Positions 1 through 12,097 of a DNA stretch of 64,000 bases are shown piece after piece. Position numbers and translations under genes: made by a program. Source of the stretch: Antedon mediterranea (taxonomy: Eukaryota > Animalia > Echinodermata); assembly GCF_964355755.1 (NCBI RefSeq), contig NC_092671.1:37024304-37088303 (forward strand), given 5' to 3'. The notes below the pieces were generated by a model. It worked only from the letters and a program-made list of their open reading frames with translations, made no database searches and was not told the origin of the DNA. Positions within the stretch are counted from its first letter, which is position 1. Each line of letters opens with the position of its first letter.

Positions 1-1754
1 GTAGATACGATTACGTCAAGGAAACTAGTACTGACGTCATAAATTGACCATCATTACTTTGAACCAATCAGAAGAGAGAATACCACGACATCTATTCCGA
101 AAAGTCATATATTGTAGTAAAGAATATCGAAATTAATGTAAATATAGCGTAAGTGTATTGGACAAAAAAGTCGTACATTTTTGCCCTCTTTAAAATTTAA
201 ATGTATTATTGTTGCAACATTAATACTAATATTCGCGCTCTATACGTAGTTTGTAAGAATTATTTTAAAATAAAGTTCGTAAATGTTTGCTCTCTTTTAT
301 AGTTAACTATTGTAGCCACGTAAATACTACAGTATATAATCGCTGTACACGTTTCTATATATCTATATCTGCTGTAACAATGATACACATTCTAATATAC
401 ACAACGGTTTTTAATGGTTTTTTAACATTCTAATATATACAATCTCCCTCATATTTAATGGTTTTTTAAATCAACTTTTGTCAAAATATCATATCAAAAA
501 AAACATGCGGTTACCCAGCAAACAATGTTTATTTTGTGACCAATTTCTTTTTTCTTTTATTTACATAAAATATAACAACAGTCTATTGCGAAGCACAAAA
601 ATGATAACTGAGTCTAAATTTAGCCCAGTGACAAAATAAAAGTGATTATAACATTACATTTGTACACAAATTGAACGCTGTTGTGTTGAGTATAGTTATA
701 CATACAAGTATATTACAGTATCTTACACACTGGAGAATGGTTTATTTTGTATACACGTGTACAATATTATTTGATTACCTACAGTGGCCTTAAAAATGTT
801 TGATTCGTGTGTGTATATGCTGTTATTTTTGTATCATTTTTTTTTTGTGTTATAACGTGGTGTTTTACGCGCTGTCTACACTTATATCAAACTTTATTTG
901 ACAAAAAAAATGTGACGTTCCCATATATGGACATGATGACGTCATATCACTACCATATTTGGGTACATCACACTTTTTTGTCAAACTAGTTTAATAGTGT
1001 AGATAGAGCTTAAGGGTCGCTTCGTCTTTCGAAACAATTACACTAGAGGTTTTTATTAAACCGCATTAAATGTACATAACAATAGGTACTATATTCTTTT
1101 CTATAACACTGTAAAACGTTTTTCTTAGCTTAAGTCCGAGACATAATTATTACCAATATATGTCTCTGTTTCAGTGAAGTTTTATGTGCTATATAAACTT
1201 TTGACATTATAATCTTTATCATTGTCTCACGGTGTTTTCTTCAACAATACAATGCAACAATTGAAACTTTGGTTTTCGAAACAAGTGACGCATTACTCAA
1301 GTGTCAATATAATCCCGGTGAACATTTCCGTTTTAAGAACAGGTCGAGCATACATACCCTACACAGAAACTCACTCGCATACATCAACTCGGTAATTACT
1401 TATAATGAAAACTATCCTATTTTTTACCTTCGTCGTATACAGTTTCGAATTAATTTACAATTAACAGATTATCACCTTTGATTGTATTTCTCACTGGACT
1501 TTGTCCTATACATGGTATTTCGCTTTTACGAGCTTTGTATAACGAAAGTCGAAAACAGGTGTATGTTACAAATTATAGTCTTATCATTATAATCTACCAT
1601 ATTAATTATTTAACATGTTCTTGTATATTATAAATGATTACGTTAATTACGAATTATTATCGACGATGAAATTTAAACCATTTAAATATTTAATAGTCAC
1701 CGATTTAATGAATATCTAAATCAACGTTACGTCATTCGGGATTAAATTGCGTCA

Positions 1755-3656
1755 TCAGATATTATCAATTGCGTCACTTGGTTGTGCAAGTTTTGCATAT
1801 TGCGTTTTCATCGATATATCGGAGTGTATTTCAGAAGAACAGTTTTGGTTAATTTCCAGATCTGCATACTTCAATCCCTCGGCGTTTAATTTCCGCGGAT
1901 CAACGACAGCAACAGGCGACTGTATTAAAACCTCTTCGTATTTATTTTTTCCTACGTAATTTTGTGACGGTGACGCCGCTACGTTTGTTAGTTCCGCGTA
2001 TTCGTTATTCTTTCTTTGTTCACATGACGTCGGTGGTGAGTTGCCATTAGTTGGTGACCTTGTAACATCCTCCAGGGATAAATGAAAGTCGCGTTTTATC
2101 GGCATGGCGTATTCGGGAGGTGGGTTTTTGGGGGTTCCTTTCATAGGTTTCGCGTATTTTGGGATCGATTGTTTATTAAATGAGGCCGGTAATGTGGCGC
2201 AGGATTTTTTGGAAATTTCGGTAGGGGAGTGCTTAGACGTCGGCAGTATTGGAGAATGCTTCGGGGAAGGGGGTTGTGACCGTGTAGGGCTTGCTGCTGG
2301 AGTAACCAGTGGACTTCTGTTGATAAGCTCTTGTGTTTTTTCATCTTTCATTTTATCAGTTTCTGATACAAGGTTACCATTATTCATTTTAGTAACTTCA
2401 ATCTTGGCATAAGGCGCGTAATTCATTCCAACTAATTCGTCATCGTCAACGCTATCGGAGATGTTATACGATTTTCGCTTCCGTCTACACACAATAATAA
2501 GAGCTACCATTGAGAGTAAAACGATAAAAAGTCCAGCAACACATACGGCCAAAATTAGAACATTGTTTTGGAAGAAATCTATTGCCGTATGTTTAACTCT
2601 GGGTTTTGCCGGTATAAACGGTAGCTCGGTGGCTCCAGGGGCAATAGTAGTTACTAAATCGGCATCTTTTTGAGTTATCCTAAGCCCAATTTTATCTTCT
2701 ACTATTAAAATAGCTTGCTCGCTGGCAACCTTATCTCCATTTGCTCCTCTGGCTACGCACATTATTTTAGACGCATTGTCGGCTAATGTAGGTCCCCGTA
2801 TCGTTAGCGACACCGTTTCCGAGTCCGATAAAAATCGTTTTGTGAGAATCAAATTCGGTGATGCCATCCATTCGTACGTCGGATTTTCTAAGCCGTGTGA
2901 ACTACAGTTAAATTTTATCTCGCCATCTTCCACAACTCTTCCTATTTTTGGCGTAATACGAACAATAGCCAGTAACGGTGTCAATGAACACGTTTTTGGA
3001 GTTTGTAAAGCTTGGCTGTTTAAAATACATGTGAAGGTAACTCCTCTGTGGATCTCCGTTAATTTGATCCTTATAAAGGTATTATGACCGTTAACTTCTG
3101 ATTGTATGTTAAGCCTGGTGTTATCTGCGTTGAGTTGAAGTGTTGGCGTTGGGTTCCCGCCTTCAGATGAACATTCGAATTCGACGTCTCCAGTTGGAAG
3201 TGCGTTTATAAGACATACTGGAGAGCTCGGAGTCGGCGCTGTCAACACAACCAGCTCCACTGGATGTCCAACGTTGGTGTAGTACGACTTCTGCAATGGT
3301 TCATCTTGGTACGCGTACATACAGGAAAACAGTCCAGCGTCAATCAATCTAACATTTTCTATTTTCAAATCGAATCGGTGATTCGATGATCTTATTATAG
3401 AATATCGATGTTTGAATTCTGTTTGTTGTGCGCGTATCACCTGTAAGTTTGTACTTAAGAAAACGTTACGACTATCGGAAAACCAGGCGATATCGTAACT
3501 TTCCCGTACTTGTTGGCTGACGTGGCAATGGAATATTGCCGTTCCACCCTCAACTACTGCTAAACTTTCAGGTTTTTCTGTTGTCAAAAAGTTCGAAAAA
3601 ACTGGACTTACAAATGTAAATAATGTACACGAGATAAATATTCTGGAAATGCTCAT
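1755..3656 (-). CDS. Ig-superfamily type I membrane receptor (signal peptide, V-set plus two C2/I-set-like Ig domains, TM, long Tyr/Pro-rich tail with ITIM/ITSM-like motifs); single coding exon
   Basis: The ORF track starts at a TTG at 3698; the first ATG (3656, MSISRIFISCTLFTFVSPVFS) gives a signal peptide. Ig hallmarks: FHCHV..IAWF..DLKIENVRLIDAGLFSC, FECSSEGGNPTP..FTC, FNCSS..YEW..IMCVA. TM VLILAVCVAGLFIVLLSMVALIIVC followed by RRKRK. A splice acceptor near 3702 and a donor at 4069-4070 suggest an upstream 5'UTR exon. Confidence 0.88.
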   Translation of the reverse strand: MSISRIFISCTLFTFVSPVFSNFLTTEKPESLAVVEGGTAIFHCHVSQQVRESYDIAWFSDSRNVFLSTNLQVIRAQQTEFKHRYSIIRSSNHRFDLKIENVRLIDAGLFSCMYAYQDEPLQKSYYTNVGHPVELVVLTAPTPSSPVCLINALPTGDVEFECSSEGGNPTPTLQLNADNTRLNIQSEVNGHNTFIRIKLTEIHRGVTFTCILNSQALQTPKTCSLTPLLAIVRITPKIGRVVEDGEIKFNCSSHGLENPTYEWMASPNLILTKRFLSDSETVSLTIRGPTLADNASKIMCVARGANGDKVASEQAILIVEDKIGLRITQKDADLVTTIAPGATELPFIPAKPRVKHTAIDFFQNNVLILAVCVAGLFIVLLSMVALIIVCRRKRKSYNISDSVDDDELVGMNYAPYAKIEVTKMNNGNLVSETDKMKDEKTQELINRSPLVTPAASPTRSQPPSPKHSPILPTSKHSPTEISKKSCATLPASFNKQSIPKYAKPMKGTPKNPPPEYAMPIKRDFHLSLEDVTRSPTNGNSPPTSCEQRKNNEYAELTNVAASPSQNYVGKNKYEEVLIQSPVAVVDPRKLNAEGLKYADLEINQNCSSEIHSDISMKTQYAKLAQPSDAIDNI

Positions 3657-5029
3657 TTTCGTGACGTCAATTCCGAAACTGTTTGTATTTTTTGTCAATT
3701 CTGTGAGAATAGAATAAAATAAATTACGATGTCATAATATTTGTTTTTTAAATAAAATTTGTTTAGATTAAATAAGTGAAATAAATTAATGCGGACGAAT
3801 TTTAAAAATAAAACCCCATTTTTTTAGATTAAATAAAATAATGACAGTTAACAACCATATATTTTCACACTACAGACTGCTTCATGAAGGTAATGAAATC
3901 AGTCTTCAATCATCAGGTTAAACTTTTTTTTTAAATTTTGTTTACACATCGCAATCTACAGAAGCGTTAATAATAATATAATGATGAAATATTTATAACA
4001 AAAATATCCATAAAAAAGTTCTCACGGTACTAACAACAAACAAATATTTAAACAAGAATATATAACCTACCTGTCACAACAGAACGGCTTTGGAAAATGT
4101 TATTTCAATAATAATGTTTCGTCTAATTGAACACAAAATGCCAGGTAGCTTTCCTGACCACATCAACTTGTCTATCTGTCTGTCTCTTAAAGTATACTTA
4201 ATATTTCGCGTGACTGCTTCGACACAAGCAACAATAGACAAGAAATGAGCCAGCATCCTGTAGGGCACTTTCGATAGCTGTCACAACTCGATTCAACCAT
4301 AGATATATAACAACGCCTCCACAAATACTTACTTATAAGTAATCCACGTGAAAGTCTCTCGCTATTATTTAAACAGGCTGTATTAAATAAATTTTCCTGT
4401 TTTTCAAAGTAGGCTTACTCTAGGCTATATACTATGAAAGTACATATGGAGTGTACCTTATAGACACCAAGGACATCACATTACATGATGCTGACTTGAT
4501 AGTCAGTGATAATGGTGTATATATAGGCCTAAGTATAATCCTCAAATCGAATAATTGGAGCAATTGTGTGCAATGGTTAAACTGAAAAGCAATTTCTACA
4601 CCATTCAGGTGAAGAATAATAACAAGTTTGTGAAGTACAATACTGACAATATGCGTGTATAATTTTAACTTTAGTAGAAAAGTTGAAACAGCCAAGTATT
4701 GAAATGCTTGAGTATAAAACCGCCTTTAAATGTATTCTTATACCTAAAGATGTATTGTCCCCCAAAAATATGAAAAATGAAGATTAATTAAATCAGTCTT
4801 TGAATAGGTTATTTTGTAGTTTTAATAAAGTTAATCCCTTCCGTTAAAAAAAAAAGAAAAATAATAATGTTTTCTCATATAAAATGACAAAATAAATAGT
4901 CAAATTCAACCAAAAACACATTGGCTGGCCGCCAATTTGACTATTTTTTTCTTTAAATTACAGTTTTTTTAGGTAAATCATTTTTTGGCATATTGAAAAA
5001 ATAACATCTTTAATACAATAAATTTGTTT

Positions 5030-5400
5030 TTTTTCTTTTTATTTATTCAAATTCTCATAAAAATGTACATACAAAGAAAGAAAAAGACATAACATGAAAA
5101 AAACAGAGTACATTCAGTCAAGGATGGGACCAACAGGTGGTAAACACCTCTAGGACGGTCCAATCCCAAATTGCACAATGAGTAATGAAAATGTTTATAA
5201 CATTATAATAAATATTGAAATATAATAGTAATTTATACATTTGTATGATTGTATAATTGATTTTAATACAACTGTCATGTGAAGAAGGCCGATGATGAAC
5301 GATTCAAACTCTTGTATTTTTTTTTATTCATTTAGCATCCAAGACAATCCATTCAACAATACATTTAAAATACATAAACAAAGAATAAATACACATACAC
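5030..5400 (-). mobile_element. Degenerate non-LTR retrotransposon (LINE) 3' tail
   Basis: Minus-strand translation YSLFMYFKCIVEW..IQEFESF loosely resembles the YSFFPR..W..L end of CR1/L2-group ORF2 and is followed by an AATAAA/A-rich tail. Confidence 0.35.
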
Positions 5401-6449
5401 ATACATATTATTAACAAGGCCATATACATGGCTGCAGTCACTGACGTGCGCAAATTTGAGTTAGTGTGTGGATGGAAGAACGACCCATAAAATCGACATG
5501 TCAATTTATTTCCAATGCGGTCCATTAAGAAGAAAACGGAGATGTGAAAGTGATGTATTAAGTATCTTCTCTTAATTGACTTAGTGTGTTTTATTTTGAT
5601 GTTATGTTAAGCAACTGTATGCAGGCGGCAGTGGTATAATGAGTGTGACTATCAGTCAACGTCACCCATAGGCCTATTTAATCAAAATAGGCGCTTTTTT
5701 CTTTTTGGTTTCACTTCATTAAAACGTTTACCTTTACGTCATGCACGATTCATCCAGCGTTTTGGAAAGTTCCATCGCATGGGTGTTCTTCTTTCATAAT
5801 AATTATCAGTAATAATAATTAACAGTATCAACGTGTGACTGGCTTTGGTTTAAATAAAGCGATAACTTACAAACACACACACGATCCACTACATAGGGCC
5901 GGCCTCCGATTGGCGAAACAGTGTTATTTTATTTTACGAGCCACAAAAATATACGAAAGGTTTCCCAGAGTAGTTCCGGCCTCCAAAACGGTAACCACAA
6001 ACCCAGTAATCAGCGCACCTGGATAAATTTTAGTTTAGTACGCCTTTATAATTCACGAATGAAACGGTGTCCATTTTAACTTAAATGTTAAAGTTTTATG
6101 CAATATACAGCATGCTTATCTTGTAGCTATACCGGTATTGCTTTGTAATTTGTACTGGTTTTTGTATGTTTCCGCAATAAAATATTTGAAATATATTATC
6201 ATCTATTAAAGCAGTTTGTAAAGCATTGGTATCTGTTTCTCCCAACTTTGTCTACATTCCGCTCTTCTTTCGGCTTCTACACAAATCAAACGAGTGACCA
6301 ATTAAACACAATTCAACAACAGCCTATGACAAATTTCAGAGTAGTAAAAGAGTGACAAAGTAAGCAATCAAAAAGCCGTTAAAATTTAGGCCTAGATCAT
6401 TTAAAACGACGTTACAAGGGGGGGGGGGGGAGAATGTCACATAGGCATA

Positions 6450-6540
6450 CAGAACACGGAAAGTTGTGGAATTGGGAATTCCAAGATATTCACAAATAGG
6501 TACCATAGGAAGTAAACCTATATAGTATATCGTGATTTAA
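6450..6540 (+). promoter_or_regulatory. Conserved proximal promoter module of paralog 1 (ACACGGAAA, kB-like GGGAATTCC at 6474-6482, ETS-like GGAAGT, TCGTGATTT)
   Basis: The same motifs occur in the same order about 130-150 bp upstream of the ATG of all three paralogs. Confidence 0.55.
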
Positions 6541-6605
6541 ATCTGGTTCTGTTCAGTTTGTTGTCTACTTTTCGGACTTACATTATTGCTTTTAAGAACA
6601 TAGTT

Positions 6606-8804
6606 ATGGCGTCAAAATGGATTTGTTTTACCATGTACATGATGGTAGGTACGATTGTTCGTGGAAACTATGTAATTCAGGATTTTTCAAAAACTCGACC
6701 TTACATTAAGGTGAACAACAGTCCATGTTGGCCAATACAAAATACAACTTATTGTGATCTAATGCCGACAATATATGGGGATATTGGTAATAACAAAACT
6801 ATGAACATCAGCGAACTGGTTGACCGTTCTAGAAATGTTTCTGTTGTGAAATTTAACATACATAGAGGCTCAGAGTCTGATACACTTGCATGGGTTGACG
6901 ACAAAGTAGGAGCAACTATAATGTCATATCCCGCCAACTATGAAATATTGTCTTTAGGAACATTGACATTTGAAGAGATCACAGTGAATCTAAGATTTAA
7001 CAACGTTACAGACAAAGAATGTATGGAAAAACTCACCGCTGAAGACATTATGGTGATAATGAGCAGGATAATAGGAAATTATTCCAGTGAAACAAATCTT
7101 TTTTGTTTAAGAAATTATACTACGAAGAATTCAAGTTCCTCAGTTGTTGATCTTGTGTACAACTATATCTACACTGCAATGCATGGAAATACTCATTACT
7201 CGTGCTACATGATTTCAGAGAAACAACGTTGCAAAGCAGCTTTGTATAAATTTTACTGGAATGTACCTATTACTGTAATTGGCTTAGTGGTGATGTTATT
7301 TAGTCCATTGGTAATTGGGGTGTTATTAGAGAACCCTTATCGTAAATCTTCAGATGACAATACGTGTCCACGAACCACAGAGGATGTAGCTCTTTTGGAA
7401 ACAGACGATACTAAACAACCGCCAAGATTGGCTCTAAATTCTCCGTTACCTTTGGGTGCAAGGTACGCCATATTTCATTGGGGTAACAAACATGTATACC
7501 TACTAAGCCTCCGGGTTTTCTGCATTTGCATGGTAATAATTGTTTTGATTCCTGTGGCTAAATATTTGGAAGTCCATTTTCATGTTAACTTTAAACGGCA
7601 GAATGGTAACTATTTAAAAAAGTGTATTATTCTACAAAATGTTCTATCATCATGCCAGTTGTTAGCACTTCTGATCATCACAATTCACCCGGCATCGCTT
7701 TCTTATTTCGACGATGGATCAGAATGTAGACTTGACTTCGACAGCAACCGATACACATGTCTTTATCGTCAGATATTGAATCGATTTAAACTGGTGACCA
7801 GTTGGGAAGTTTGGCAAGATAGACCATTTATTGGTTTTACCTCACACATGCCAACGATATTTCGCAGAATGTTTTTGATCGTAGATGTTTTCATAGCTAT
7901 ATGTCGCATATTAATGTTTCTATTTCCATTCCTTTATTTCATATCAGCACCAATAATATCTATCTTCAAGTCTCTCTTTCAATTTTTTAAATCACGAGGT
8001 CCGCCTTTCCGTATAAAGTCTCTTCCATTTTATATGGTATTGATTGTCATACGGTCCGCGTTGTTAACCATATTTGTTGCATCTCTCTCAATGCAAATGA
8101 TGACCATTGCAATTTCCATTATGCAGATGATTGTTCTGACCACTATAGGTATCGTGACGGAATATAACGATATCGTTGTAATACGAGTAATTACAATCCT
8201 CTCCTTTGGTTGGTACATTCTTAATGGCTTTAAAGAATACTACAACTGCTATGCTTCAGTTTGGCGTACCATAATTGATGCAGCAGAATCGTGGCAAGCC
8301 GGTTGTAACGAAGAAGCTTACAATGAGATTAACAACGACCCGAATTATCAAAGAGAAAATGTTCTTAAGGTTCGAAAATCTCCTAAATTAACAAAACCGC
8401 TTGTTGTTTATACAGAATTGATTCCATATTTACCAGAAGAGGTGTTGAATCACGTTATCAATAGATGCAAAAAGAAGAGTTTTCAGATTGCAAAAATGGT
8501 TTTGTGGAACGCCATTGTTGCCATCTTTTTGACAATCACATATTCAACGATCGTTTCAACTCATAAATTTACCGAATTCACACAAGTTACTAAATCGATG
8601 CTAACCTTGGCAATGGCACCTTTTCCAAAATTAGCATCAATTGCTTTCACCACACAAGAATATGCTTCGAGAAAAGAAGCCAAACAACGTCGAATTTGGT
8701 TTGAGGTGTTTAAGTACGCAGAGGAAAACGGATACAATAGAATTGGAGACGTTCAAGACGGTCTGCAATATGGCGAAGAAAATAATGACAGTGAGAGTAA
8801 CTAA
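6606..8804 (+). CDS. Uncharacterised intronless multi-pass membrane glycoprotein, paralog 1 (732 aa)
   Basis: Long ORF with first ATG at 6606 (MASKWICF.., signal peptide). About 200-aa ectodomain rich in N-x-S/T sites, then roughly 8-9 hydrophobic segments. Homologous to 15665.. and 23510.. Confidence 0.88.
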   Translation: MASKWICFTMYMMVGTIVRGNYVIQDFSKTRPYIKVNNSPCWPIQNTTYCDLMPTIYGDIGNNKTMNISELVDRSRNVSVVKFNIHRGSESDTLAWVDDKVGATIMSYPANYEILSLGTLTFEEITVNLRFNNVTDKECMEKLTAEDIMVIMSRIIGNYSSETNLFCLRNYTTKNSSSSVVDLVYNYIYTAMHGNTHYSCYMISEKQRCKAALYKFYWNVPITVIGLVVMLFSPLVIGVLLENPYRKSSDDNTCPRTTEDVALLETDDTKQPPRLALNSPLPLGARYAIFHWGNKHVYLLSLRVFCICMVIIVLIPVAKYLEVHFHVNFKRQNGNYLKKCIILQNVLSSCQLLALLIITIHPASLSYFDDGSECRLDFDSNRYTCLYRQILNRFKLVTSWEVWQDRPFIGFTSHMPTIFRRMFLIVDVFIAICRILMFLFPFLYFISAPIISIFKSLFQFFKSRGPPFRIKSLPFYMVLIVIRSALLTIFVASLSMQMMTIAISIMQMIVLTTIGIVTEYNDIVVIRVITILSFGWYILNGFKEYYNCYASVWRTIIDAAESWQAGCNEEAYNEINNDPNYQRENVLKVRKSPKLTKPLVVYTELIPYLPEEVLNHVINRCKKKSFQIAKMVLWNAIVAIFLTITYSTIVSTHKFTEFTQVTKSMLTLAMAPFPKLASIAFTTQEYASRKEAKQRRIWFEVFKYAEENGYNRIGDVQDGLQYGEENNDSESN

Positions 8805-11069
8805 CAGACAAATGTATTGATGCTATACAAAATTAATTTTACCAACTCTGAATGGAGAGAACTTGATCTACAAATCAGAACGTTACGTAACTTATACTCA
8901 GACAAATGTGTAGGGCCTATTATTTTATAGCAGTATGAAAAGCTTAAGTTTTAATGAATACTGATGAGGTAATTGAAAAGTGTGGCTTTACAATGTTTAT
9001 AATGTGTTAATGACTTCTTAGATGCTAACTTTGTAAATATAACAATAACTTAAAATCCAAAGGAAAATTACTGAAAAAATGGCAATGCTATGGTATCAGT
9101 GAATGGATCTCAATGGAGATACAAAATAAAATAAGCAAAAAGCTAAATCAAAACGAAAAAATAAAATAGCCAGAAAAATGTTAGCTTAACAAATAATTTG
9201 TCAATATTTATATATAATTGAAGCTATATAGTAGATTTACAAGTAATGTTTGCATAATAACAAGTAAATGCATGGTACCATAGCATTCCACATAAACTAC
9301 AATTTCATTAAAATTTTAAAAAGTCTATAGTATAAGTTTGATTTTCCATTTAATTCGGAAGAAGTTTCTCGCTCCTCTTTAATTTGCAAACACCTGTACA
9401 TATTTGAATAGTGGGCTACACGTGACGAAGTCAACTGGACTACTCAGACTGAGCCACCATGTAGGCCTAGGCGCAGCCGCAGAGGTGTAGAGTTTTATTA
9501 GATTTTGGTTGTTGGCACCTGTTGCTACCAGCAATGTGAGTAATAAATTATTATTATGTATATGGTGGACAATATATAATTCGGTAGGTAGTAACATATA
9601 CTGTATCAAACACCTGTCGCTCCGTTATTTAAAAGTACAGAACTATCGGCGACTGCTTTTTAAACATTTCCGTTCTACCGCCGGTGTAAGATTTAAATGT
9701 GTCCGGTGTTTGAAAGTGTCCACTGGACAATTTTCAGCATTGAATAGTGTAATACCAGCTGTTGAAAATGGCTGCAACCACCCGGGCAGCTTTCATCGAT
9801 AAAAAAGTAGGACCATCGACATCATATTAACCCCGTAAAAACTAGGGCACTGGACGGTCACCAACTCCCGTTAGGGTAATTATAATTCCTTAGAATACCA
9901 ACTTGAATCGCAAAATATCAAGTCGATTGAAATAAATATTACTATTATTATATCTGGAGACATATAGTCTAATCAAATTAAATTGTTTGTTTTTGATTGA
10001 GTATATACAACCTGTTGTCAATTTGAAGTAAATCTGACAACTTGAAAAAATATATAGCCTACCGGTACTGTATTATTATTTCTAGGGAATGAATATCACT
10101 AAATCATATAGGCATAGGGCCTACCTATTTTCGTTCTCTCGAAATATTATTTCATTGGAATTCGAATTACTAATTCGCGAGAGAACGAAATAATTTCCCT
10201 CGAAATTATTTCGTTCTCTCGATCATTCCTTGTCTCGAAGTAGTAATTCATTTTTTATATTGTTCAGTTCTTGAAATCTTATTTTGTTCTCCCTAAATAT
10301 ATTTGTTCCCTCAAAATATTTTTCAGTTCTCAAAATATTATTTTGTAATATTCATAATACTGTTACTAATTTAATAATATTAACTGATAACAAAAGTGCT
10401 TTAAACAAGTAAGTTCGTCATTGTTAAAGTGAGTTCTTTTTCATTATATTTTTTTTCACAGATGCCTGATTTTTGGTTTTATTTAATAAAACATTGAATT
10501 GATTAGTCACAATATTTTATTTGTTTCTAGAGATTTTACATTATTTATTTATTTATCTAAAATACATTTGAAAAATATTGTTGATGCATATTACCAAAAA
10601 ATATTTATTTTTTTATATTTTATATGGCAAAATAAACACCTTAATTGCGCATCAAAATTATTCGTTCACTCAAGGGTATTTCGTTTTTTTGTATTTTTCG
10701 AATAATCTCTAAAAAAAAAACGTCCACCTCTCCTAAGGGACCACTTCTCATAATTCCGTAACGACCACCTTTCGCAAATTACCACCTCTATTGAGGTGGT
10801 CACTTACGGGAGGTGTAGTCGGTAAAAGAAGTGGTCGTCTACGAGCGGTGGTAGTTTATGAAAGCAGTCCGTTATGAGAGGTGGTTACCCCTTCAGGAGG
10901 TTGTCCATTGTGAGAAGCGGTCCATTAACAGAGGTAGTCCCTTTTAAATATTAAAGGTGGTCGCTAACAAAGGTGGTTGCTTACGATCAGAGTGCTAAGT
11001 TTTGAAAGCCGATCACTTACGAGAGGTGGATAGACTGACGACAAGTAGAGAAATACATTTGCACATGAT

Positions 11070-11600
11070 TTAGACATTTTTAATTCAACATTTATTAGTT
11101 TCTATCAATGGTATAACAATACAATAAAAAGAATGATAATTTATAATGAGAAAATACAAAAAATACCATTAATAGAGGATCTTGCAAGAAGAGAATACTT
11201 GTCACGCAAGACCCATAAACAAAAGAAAAAAATACATTTGTATATAATTATTAAATAAAATAAAAAAAAGTCATGACAAAAACATTTTGAAGGTCTAGTT
11301 TGAGTACAATGATAACAAATTACTTTTAAGTTTTTTACGAAAAGTTGGGAGAGAGGAAGAGTTAACAATACTAGTATCTAATTGATTCCAAATTAAAGGG
11401 CCAGAAACATAAATAAAGTGAGAAGAACTAGTTAATCTTACAAAAGGAATAGTTAACTGAAACTTATGAACAGTACTTCTTAAATTATGACCATGGTTGA
11501 AATCAGCAGTGTTAAATAAATTCATCATGGGAGAAGGAAGATTGTTAGAAAAATATTGAAAGACAAAAGAGGCACTTTAGGTTTGTAAAATATATAATAT
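11070..11600 (-). mobile_element. LINE (CR1/L2-group) ORF2 C-terminal fragment and 3' tail
   Basis: ORF 11295-11528 HGHNLRS..IPFVRL..FIYVSGPLIWNQL..SSSLPTFRKKLKSNLL is typical of the RT-ORF C-terminus. Confidence 0.7.
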
Positions 11601-12097
11601 TTTATTAGCTGGCGATATTAACTACATTAGCTGTGAGGCAATTTTCGTTACTACATTACCTGTTGAGTTGTATATGAGTATAATGTTGATTTTTATTTGA
11701 TAAATAAGCTGTTGGTGTTTCTACATCATTAGCTAGTTCTAGGTTTTATTATATGGGTGGATTTGACTTTTCTACACTAGCAGTTTTGAACAGGGCCTAC
11801 TGTGTTTAAATGGAATGCTACAAGTTGTATTATTTTTTTTTATTTATCGTTTTGTGTACTAAAGTGGCAGCATAATCAGTATTTATTTTTACCAGATGTC
11901 CAACAAGGGTAATGTCCCAATTGGTAATTGCCACAATTGTCAGGTCAACCTCAAAACAGCGGCTCTCGGGACCGGGAGAGTTGTATGATTTGTTTTTATT
12001 ATTATTTTTTTTTTAATGCGCCTTGAGCACTCTGTGGTATGTGTGCTATAAAAATCCTGTTATTATTATTTGTTATTATTATTTCACCTTTTAGTCG

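Noticed and set aside
1-120. CRE (TGACGTCA) and CCAAT motifs as a promoter
   Set aside because: No associated gene start in the window, and such motifs are common inside repeat elements here.
1747-3087. Plus-strand ORFs overlapping the Ig receptor, and similar antisense ORFs over the other genes
   Set aside because: Antisense shadows of real CDS with no independent features.
6558-6605. N-terminal extensions from the ORF track (also 15644-15664 and 3657-3698)
   Set aside because: They start at non-ATG codons; the downstream ATG gives the signal peptide and, for the membrane family, aligns across paralogs.
10720-11030. GAGGTGGT/ACCACCTC repeated motifs as a regulatory array
   Set aside because: The arrangement fits degraded subterminal repeats of a DNA transposon fragment inside the 5.2-kb element.
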